This document shows positions 57,899 through 64,000 of a stretch of 64,000 nt of DNA, one piece after another. Every line of letters begins with the position of its first letter. The stretch's first letter is position 1. Position numbers and translations under genes: made by a program. This DNA comes from Clostridiales bacterium (GTDB lineage Bacteria; Bacillota; Clostridia; Lachnospirales; WRAX01). Under the pieces are notes generated by a model. The model saw only the letters and a list, made by a program, of their open reading frames with translations, was not told where the DNA came from and made no database searches. The stretch is from assembly GCA_031265685.1 (NCBI GenBank), contig JAISCI010000045.1, forward strand, positions 15,467 through 79,466. The letters are read 5' to 3'.

Positions 57899-60373
57899 CT
57901 AAACTACTATGTTTATAAGTTTATCAGGCACGTGAATAACGCGCTTCGCCGCCGCCGGGTCGAGCCGTCCGCCGAGCATAGCCGCCGCCGCCGCGAACAC
58001 GGCTTCCTTGTCCGCCCCGGCCGCAACGCTCACTGTACCGCGCGTCTTGCCGTTCAGCTGAACGGCGATTGTCTTCTCGTCGTCCTTCGCGGCCTCGGCG
58101 TCCCACTCCGGATACTTCGCCGCGAACACGCTGGTCTTATGTCCAAGCCCCTCCCACAGTTCCTCGGCCAGGTGCGGCACAAACGGCGCGAGAAGGATAA
58201 CGAGCGATTCCAGCGTTTCACGGTCGATTCCGCCGCGCCGCTCCAGATCGTAAAACTGGTTGGTATACTCCATGAAACCCGACACAACCGTGTTAAGACT
58301 CAGGGAATCGAAGCGCTGGGTTATATCGCGGATCATCTTGCTGCGCGCGCGCGACAGCTCGCGGCTGTCCGGGGCCGGATGGCCGGCGCATCTCTCCACA
58401 AGCGCGTAGACGCGCCCGAGAAAGCGGCAGACGCCCTCGATCCCGGTATCCGTCCATTCGCTGTCCAGCTCCGGCGGGCCCATGAACAGCTCGTACATCC
58501 TGAGCGAGTCGCAGCCGTATTTCGCGACTATCTCATCCGGAGAGACGCCGTTGCCCTTGTTCTTGGACATCTTCGCGCCGCCGCGCGTCACCATGCCCTG
58601 GTTGAACAGCTTTACGAACGGCTCGTCGAAATCCACGACGCCTATGTCATGGAGAAACTTGGTGTAGAACCGCGCGTACAGCAGATGCAGAACGGCGTGC
58701 TCAACGCCGCCGACGTAGTAATCCACGGGCAGCCACTTTTTCAGCGCTTCGGGCGAGGCCGGCGCGTCCGCGTTGTCCGGGTCGGCGTACCGCAGGAAAT
58801 ACCAGCTCGATCCGGCCCATTGCGGCATCGTGTTCGTCTCGCGCTTCGCCGCGCCGCCGCATTTCGGGCACACCGTGTTCACCCAGTCCGTTATGGCGGA
58901 GAGCGGCGATTCTCCCGTATCGGTCGGCTGGTAGGTCTCCACGTCCGGCAGGCGGACCGGCAGATCTTTATCCGGCACGGCGACCACGCCGCATTTCGGA
59001 CAGCGAATCAGCGGGATAGGCTCGCCCCAGTATCTCTGCCGCGAGAACACCCAGTCGCGCAGCTTGTAGTTGACGGTTTTTTTGCCAAGCCCGCGCGATT
59101 CAAGCCACTGAGCCGCCTTGTCCTTCGCCTCGGAGGATCGCGCCCCGTTCAGCTCGCCGGAGTTGATCATGATCCCCTCGGACTCATACGCTCCCGCGAG
59201 GATAGACGGCGATTCGCCTTCCTTTATAATAACCTGTACCACGGGCAGGCCGAACTTGTCCGCGAACTCGAAATCGCGCTGGTCGTGCGCGGGCACGCAC
59301 ATAATCGCCCCGGTTCCGTAGTCCGCCAGAACGTAGTCCGAAACCCACACGGGAAGGTACGCCCCGTTCATCGGATTGACGGCGTAGGCTCCGGTGAACA
59401 CGCCCGTCTTTTCCTTACCCGCCATGCGGTCCACCGACGACTTCACCGAGGCTTCCCTGCGGTACGCGGTTACGGCTTCGGCCCGGTCCGGCGTCACTAT
59501 TGCGTCAAGCCCCGCGTATTCCGGGGCAAGCACCATGAACGTGGCGCCGTGGAGCGTGTCGGGCCGCGTGGTGTAGACGCGTATCTTCCGGTCCGAGTCC
59601 TTAACGCCGAAGTCCACTTCCGCGCCGTAGCTCCTGCCGATCCAGTCGGACTGCATCTTCTTGACTTTCTCCGGCCAGTCCAGCTTGTCAAGGTCGGCGA
59701 GCAGGCGCTCAGCGTAGGCCGTTATCCGCAGCATCCACTGCCGAAGGTTCTTCTTCGTCACGGTATGCCCGCAGCGGTCGCACTCGCCGTCGGCGGCCTC
59801 CTCGTTCGAGAGCACCACCTTACAGCTGGGGCACCAGTTAAGCGGCATCTCTTTCTCATAGGCCAGCCCCCGCTCGAACATCCGCGTAAAAATCCACTGC
59901 GTCCATTTATAGTACTCCGGATCGGTCGTGTTGATCTCGCGGCTCCAGTCGTATATCGCGGAAATCTCCTTCAGCTGGCGCTTGAAGTTAGCCACGGAAT
60001 CCCGCGTGGAATCCGCCGGGTGTATGCCCATCTTTATGGCGTAGTTCTCGGCGGGCAGCCCGAAAGCGTCCCACCCCATCGGATGCAGCGCGTGATACCC
60101 CTGGATCACCTTAAGCCGCGCGATGGCGTCGGACAGGACGTACCCGCGCCAGTGGCCTACGTGCAACCCCGCGCTCGAAGGATACGGGAACATATCCAGG
60201 CAGTAGAATTTGGGCTTGCCCTCGCCGCCCCTGTTGATTGGATCCGCTTCCCAGCGCGCGCGCCACTTGCTCTCGATTTTCCTGAAGTCGTACCGTTTCT
60301 CCAAGCCGATCAACCCTTTCCGCTTCTTCAATTGCTTTAACTGTTCCGCAATTCCTTCATGTATCTGCTCCAT
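57899..60373 (-). CDS. leuS: leucine--tRNA ligase
   Basis: 824 aa with the HVGH (HIGH-type) motif in PSSAGLHVGHWRGY and the KMSKNKGN (KMSKS) motif. The ATG at 60373 overlaps the upstream ORF. TTG 60304, after GGAAAGGG, would give MEKRYDFRKIESKW, a more typical N-terminus. Confidence 0.95.
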   Translation of the reverse strand: MEQIHEGIAEQLKQLKKRKGLIGLEKRYDFRKIESKWRARWEADPINRGGEGKPKFYCLDMFPYPSSAGLHVGHWRGYVLSDAIARLKVIQGYHALHPMGWDAFGLPAENYAIKMGIHPADSTRDSVANFKRQLKEISAIYDWSREINTTDPEYYKWTQWIFTRMFERGLAYEKEMPLNWCPSCKVVLSNEEAADGECDRCGHTVTKKNLRQWMLRITAYAERLLADLDKLDWPEKVKKMQSDWIGRSYGAEVDFGVKDSDRKIRVYTTRPDTLHGATFMVLAPEYAGLDAIVTPDRAEAVTAYRREASVKSSVDRMAGKEKTGVFTGAYAVNPMNGAYLPVWVSDYVLADYGTGAIMCVPAHDQRDFEFADKFGLPVVQVIIKEGESPSILAGAYESEGIMINSGELNGARSSEAKDKAAQWLESRGLGKKTVNYKLRDWVFSRQRYWGEPIPLIRCPKCGVVAVPDKDLPVRLPDVETYQPTDTGESPLSAITDWVNTVCPKCGGAAKRETNTMPQWAGSSWYFLRYADPDNADAPASPEALKKWLPVDYYVGGVEHAVLHLLYARFYTKFLHDIGVVDFDEPFVKLFNQGMVTRGGAKMSKNKGNGVSPDEIVAKYGCDSLRMYELFMGPPELDSEWTDTGIEGVCRFLGRVYALVERCAGHPAPDSRELSRARSKMIRDITQRFDSLSLNTVVSGFMEYTNQFYDLERRGGIDRETLESLVILLAPFVPHLAEELWEGLGHKTSVFAAKYPEWDAEAAKDDEKTIAVQLNGKTRGTVSVAAGADKEAVFAAAAAMLGGRLDPAAAKRVIHVPDKLINIVV

Positions 60374-61656
60374 TCCGCCTGAACCACGCCGCGAGCGCCC
60401 CGCGCGAACCCGCAGAAGCCCCGGAAGCTGTCCTCCAGATACGCCTTAAACCCCTCGACGGATTTGATACCGAATATACCCGCCGTCGGGAAAATATCCT
60501 TGAAGCCGTCAAGCGGCAGCCCGTACTCGCTGGCGCGGCGGTTTACCGCTATAACGATGGTCATAGCCGCCTTCGGCAGGAGATTCTCAGGAATACCGCC
60601 GGCGCCGCCGAGAACGTCGGCGATCTGCCCGATGATCCTCGCGCAGTACTCGTACTCCCCGACCACAGCCGCCGCCACGAGCGAGCGCTCCTTCTCCTCG
60701 GGATAGCGGTGAGTGAGACGGTTGTCCAGCTCGACAAACTCTATCGGGATAGTCGCGCCGTAACCGACGAGTACGCGGTAGCCAAGCGCGGCGGACGCCT
60801 CCCGGAAGCTTACGGTTATGTCCGCCGCGCGGGCGTACTCCCGGCCTATGCCGCAGGTCAGCTCGCGGCCTGTGCGCCGGAGAGCCGCGAGCTTTATTCC
60901 GTCCAGCAGTTTAACGGCCCCGGCCAGGGTATACCCGCTCAGCAGTATCTCCAGTTTATTGAAATTCCCGATCCGAACAACGCCGCGCCCCTTTTCGACG
61001 GATTCCAGCGCGGCGCCGTACGCCTGGTAGATCACCATATGCTTCTCGCGCTCGGGCAGTTCCGCCGCTATGTCCCGGAAGTGATCGGCCTTGAGAATAG
61101 CGGCGCGGCAGGGCGGCGCGAGCGCGACGCCGAAATACTCTAATGACCGGGCTATCTCATCGGGATCGCGCAGCGCCCCCTCGAAGAGATTCGCCAGAAA
61201 CCGGTCGCGCATAATCGGCAAGTCGGCCTCATACGCCGCGCTAAGCCTCGCCTCGCCAAGGCGCTCGCGCTCGATCCGCGCGACTTCCTCCTCGCCTCGC
61301 CGGATCGCCCGCGCCACGTCCGCCTGCCGCGCGGGCTTGTACATATAGTCGATCACGCCGAAGTCCATCACGGACTCGATATACTCCGCGTCGTCGTAAG
61401 TGCCGTATACGATATAGCGCGTATCGGGCGACCGAGACCGCGCCGCCCTCAGCGCCGCGGACGGATTGACGCCGAAATAACGCACGTCCGCGAACACCAG
61501 GCCCGGGGATACCTCGCCGAGCGCACGCAGGAAGTCCGCGGCGGAAGACGGCGCCAAAAAGAGCTTCGCGCCGGGCGACGCCAGCTTTATATAATTCTTC
61601 AGTTTCTGGGCGGCTTCCGCGTCCGCGTCGGCCAGCATGATCCTCATGCCGCGCAT
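60337..61656 (-). CDS. REC-domain protein with a YesN-like middle region but no DNA-binding output domain
   Basis: 439 aa. N-terminal receiver (IMLADADAE..LVFADVRY..YMYKP). The C-terminus ends without the AraC HTH present in the paralog at 23509-25131. Confidence 0.65.
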   Translation of the reverse strand: MRGMRIMLADADAEAAQKLKNYIKLASPGAKLFLAPSSAADFLRALGEVSPGLVFADVRYFGVNPSAALRAARSRSPDTRYIVYGTYDDAEYIESVMDFGVIDYMYKPARQADVARAIRRGEEEVARIERERLGEARLSAAYEADLPIMRDRFLANLFEGALRDPDEIARSLEYFGVALAPPCRAAILKADHFRDIAAELPEREKHMVIYQAYGAALESVEKGRGVVRIGNFNKLEILLSGYTLAGAVKLLDGIKLAALRRTGRELTCGIGREYARAADITVSFREASAALGYRVLVGYGATIPIEFVELDNRLTHRYPEEKERSLVAAAVVGEYEYCARIIGQIADVLGGAGGIPENLLPKAAMTIVIAVNRRASEYGLPLDGFKDIFPTAGIFGIKSVEGFKAYLEDSFRGFCGFARGARGVVQAEWSRYMKELRNS

Positions 61657-61766
61657 TGTCGCCCTCCCAAAATAATGATTGAGTTTTTTTACCCATGTGA
61701 TATTATAATACTAGCTCGTTGGTTTTACAAAGAAAATTTTGTGATTGTCGAAAATAAGGAGATAAC

Positions 61767-62411
61767 TTGGTGAATAATGGCGAAAAAGATGCCGCGATCG
61801 CCGAATACGCGCTGAAAATGGCGCGGCTCGCCTTGCTGGGGGCGGTCGGCGCGGCTCTGGAGACGCGCGGGTCGGATGGGGAAGCGGAGCGTTTTATCGC
61901 CCGCGCCGCGAAGGAGTTCGCGGACGAACTGAAGCCCCGGACACATGATCCGGGGCTTTCGGAAGAACTGCTCGCCGAAGCGCGCGGGCTTCGCGAGTCT
62001 CTTATAAAACGCGCCGGAGAGAACGGAGCGGACGACGCGGTCACCCTCGCCCACGAGGGGCTTTGCTGCGTCTCATGCGCCGCGGCGTTCATGCCCGAGG
62101 GCGGCCCGGCGGAACTGTTCGAGGACGATATGCTGGGGCGCGACGCGCTGTCGGCCTACGCCGAAAACAGCGGCGACAGTCTCGAGCTGTTCGCGGAGAC
62201 GATCGCGGAGCGCGTCTCCGGGCTTTTTGAGAAAGGTCTGGACGAAGCGGGAGAGCTGCGCCGGTCCATAGAGAGGTCCGGTACGAAAGGCTCGGCGCTT
62301 TCCGGCGCGTTCGCCGCCGTCAACGCGATTTTTTTCGAGAACCTTACGGAGCTTATTGGACTTCCCGCAACCCCCGTTCAGGAGATTGCGGAAAGTCCCC
62401 GGGGAGTTTGA
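61767..62411 (+). CDS. hypothetical acidic, predicted helical protein
   Basis: 214 aa. TTG/GTG start 7-10 nt after SD AAGGAG. No family recognised; codon usage resembles neighbours. Confidence 0.5.
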   Translation: MVNNGEKDAAIAEYALKMARLALLGAVGAALETRGSDGEAERFIARAAKEFADELKPRTHDPGLSEELLAEARGLRESLIKRAGENGADDAVTLAHEGLCCVSCAAAFMPEGGPAELFEDDMLGRDALSAYAENSGDSLELFAETIAERVSGLFEKGLDEAGELRRSIERSGTKGSALSGAFAAVNAIFFENLTELIGLPATPVQEIAESPRGV

Positions 62412-62465
62412 GGGGATAACCCCCCTCAATAGACCTCCCGTTAATCGGCAATTTACGCGGTAAGT

Positions 62466-63122
62466 CTATTGCCGGGGCTTCCGTCCGCCCGACAGCGCCT
62501 TGACGACGATCAGCACGGACAGCGCGATGAGCGCGGCGGCCGCCGCGAACCTGCCCCACCCCAGCATCATGCTGTTAAAGATCATGGAGCCGCCCGCCGC
62601 TACGAATCCAGCGCCGGCATAGAGCGCCCACTTGCCGATTCGGCCGCGGGCGAGAAGGTACGCCGTGGCGAACCCCAGACCGACGGCGACGAACAGCGAC
62701 TCGAAGCCGGGCAGGGGCAAACGCGCCTCCAGCGTGAAGGCGTATACCCCGAACCACGCGAGGAGCGACGCGGGCAGGATCAAAGCCTCCCGGCCCTTAA
62801 GCCACGCCATCGCGAGCAGCATACACGCCGTGAAGACAAACAGCGATGACATCCAGAAGCTAACGCGTATCGCGAAAAAACCGGCGGCTATGTCCCACGA
62901 GCGGTTGAGGGCGTACCACATCAGATACGTGCCGGCGACGAGCGCCCATGTTTTTCGGCGGGCGCCAAAAGTGAAACAGAGCGCCAGTCCGGCCGCGAGG
63001 AACATAAGCGGCGACAGATTGATACCGACGCTTGGCATCAGCAGCGACGCGCCGATGATGAACAGCGTCACGGCCAGCGCGATCTGGCCAAGTTTTGAGT
63101 TCATGCAGATCCCTTCGCTCAT
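62466..63122 (-). CDS. hypothetical polytopic membrane protein
   Basis: About 6-7 hydrophobic helices. The ATG at 63104 (MNSKLGQIAL) has the better SD (GAAGGGA). No family recognised. Confidence 0.55.
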   Translation of the reverse strand: MSEGICMNSKLGQIALAVTLFIIGASLLMPSVGINLSPLMFLAAGLALCFTFGARRKTWALVAGTYLMWYALNRSWDIAAGFFAIRVSFWMSSLFVFTACMLLAMAWLKGREALILPASLLAWFGVYAFTLEARLPLPGFESLFVAVGLGFATAYLLARGRIGKWALYAGAGFVAAGGSMIFNSMMLGWGRFAAAAALIALSVLIVVKALSGGRKPRQ

Positions 63123-63185
63123 AAAAATTATTTATTATATATACAGATTTGACCGTACAAAGTCTGATTGGCCCGGAGGGAACAT

Positions 63186-64000
63186 ATGGATGACATTATG
63201 GAGGCAATTTCGCGTGAACCAAGCGAAATTCTTAAGGCAATTTCGCGTGAACCAGGCGAAATTCTTATCGAAATCACGGACATAGGATCGGAGGGCGAGG
63301 GGATCGGCCGGCTTGACGGACTGGCGGTGTTCGTGCCGGGCGGTTTCCCGGGGGACGCCGTCCGCGCGCGGATAACGTCGCGGCGTTCAGGGTTCGCGCG
63401 GGCGGAGATGACGGGGATAGTCCGCCCGTCCGCCGACAGGGTTCCGCCGATATGCGCTAACGCCCGCTGCGGCGGCTGTCCGCTTTCGGGCTTTTCGTAC
63501 TCGGCGCAGCTCCGCTTCAAGCGTAAACGCGCCGCCGACGCCCTCGTCCGGATCGGAGGGGCGGATGGCTTCGTCTGGGACGAGACCGCGCCGTCGGAAC
63601 CCGATCTGCCCTGCCGCTGGAAGGCTTCTTTCGGGGTATCGCGCGGACGGGTCGGTTTCGCGGCGCGCGGGAGCCGCGATATTGTCGAGCCGGCGGACTG
63701 CCCGGTTATCCAGCCGGCCCACCACGCGGTATTGGAAGCGGTTCGCGCCGATATACCCGGATGGCTTCGCGGGCTTATCGTCCGCGTCAGCTCCGTTTCG
63801 GGCGAGACGTCCGTCACGCTTGTCTCGCGGGAAGCCGACCCGGACGCGTCCGCGGTCGTTTCCGCGCTGTCCGCGGCGGGCGCGTCCCAGATCGCCCTTG
63901 CCGTCAACGCGGACGAATCCTCCCCGGCGAACGCGGCGGAGGGTCTGCCGCGCCGCGTTATATACGGAAGGAACTATATCACCGAGCGGATCGGCGGGGT
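63186..64000 (+). CDS. rlmD: 23S rRNA (uracil-5-)-methyltransferase RlmD/RumA family; 3' end cut by window edge
   Basis: Manual translation from ATG 63186 (SD GGAGGG 5 nt upstream): MDDIMEAISREPSEILKAISREPGEILIEITDIGSEGEGIGRLDGLAVFVPGGFPGDAVRARIT (TRAM domain), then C..CGGC Fe-S cysteines. Absent from the ORF track because it is open at the edge. Confidence 0.8.
   Translation, partial: MDDIMEAISREPSEILKAISREPGEILIEITDIGSEGEGIGRLDGLAVFVPGGFPGDAVRARITSRRSGFARAEMTGIVRPSADRVPPICANARCGGCPLSGFSYSAQLRFKRKRAADALVRIGGADGFVWDETAPSEPDLPCRWKASFGVSRGRVGFAARGSRDIVEPADCPVIQPAHHAVLEAVRADIPGWLRGLIVRVSSVSGETSVTLVSREADPDASAVVSALSAAGASQIALAVNADESSPANAAEGLPRRVIYGRNYITERIGG
63203..63268 (+). repeat. 2 x 33-bp tandem hairpin units inside the rlmD 5' coding end
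   Basis: GGCAATTTCGC-gtgaaccaa-GCGAAATTCTTAA followed by GGCAATTTCGC-gtgaaccag-GCGAAATTCTTAT. Each unit is 11 codons (AISREPSEILK / AISREPGEILI). Confidence 0.9.

Noticed and set aside
60337-60373. A genuine 37-nt overlap between the receiver-protein gene and leuS.
   Set aside because: An internal TTG at 60304 with a good SD gives a LeuS N-terminus closer to the usual length. The overlap is therefore probably an artefact of taking the longest ORF, though it cannot be decided from sequence alone.
62410-62427. GAGGGG-ataacc-CCCCTC hairpin between the convergent ORFs, as a bidirectional terminator.
   Set aside because: The stem is only 6 bp and there is no U/A tract on either side. Too weak to call.

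Overview
This is a 64-kb, high-GC (roughly 60-65% by eye), almost fully coding chromosomal segment with Firmicutes/Clostridia-style organisation.

Gene order:
- rhaB (partial), luxS, guaB
- RNase G plus a TIGR03936/TIGR03960 radical-SAM pair
- galM, galT, a yhfC-like gene and a GH2 hydrolase (all minus strand)
- a plus-strand V/A-type ATPase operon (G/H-like, I, K, E, C, F, A, B; no D subunit gene)
- ldcA plus an NlpC/P60 peptidase
- a YesM/YesN-like two-component pair
- a ~27.6-kb, ~34-gene minus-strand fla/che-type flagellar operon (flgB through flhG, PilZ brake, cheC, cheD, a small membrane ORF, sigD, three unknowns)
- purD, purN, purM
- leuS
- a REC-domain protein without an output domain
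- two unknowns
- rlmD/rumA (partial)

No rRNA, tRNA, CRISPR array, prophage or autonomous IS was seen.

The gene content is ordinary. The unusual signal is non-coding: a dense, modular family of fold-back repeats at about 17 loci.
- Elements with ATACTG...CAGTAT termini fill nine intercistronic junctions of the flagellar operon, running from the upstream stop codon to the downstream Shine-Dalgarno.
- They nest a 9-N9-9 core hairpin. The stem sequence differs between copies but both halves always change together.
- Exact 34- and 41-nt modules are shared between distant loci.
- Copies also lie inside reading frames: a 55-codon in-frame insert in cheC, an 11-aa x2 N-terminal extension of rlmD, and the C-terminal tails plus stop codons of motB and fliI.
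- Copies also sit in the 5' UTR of the V-ATPase operon.
- A second, MITE-like element with 15-bp inverted termini is present twice.

Repeat coordinates were hand-indexed and may be off by 1-2 nt. No database search, alignment or folding computation could be run, so family names come from motif recognition and novelty claims are unverified.
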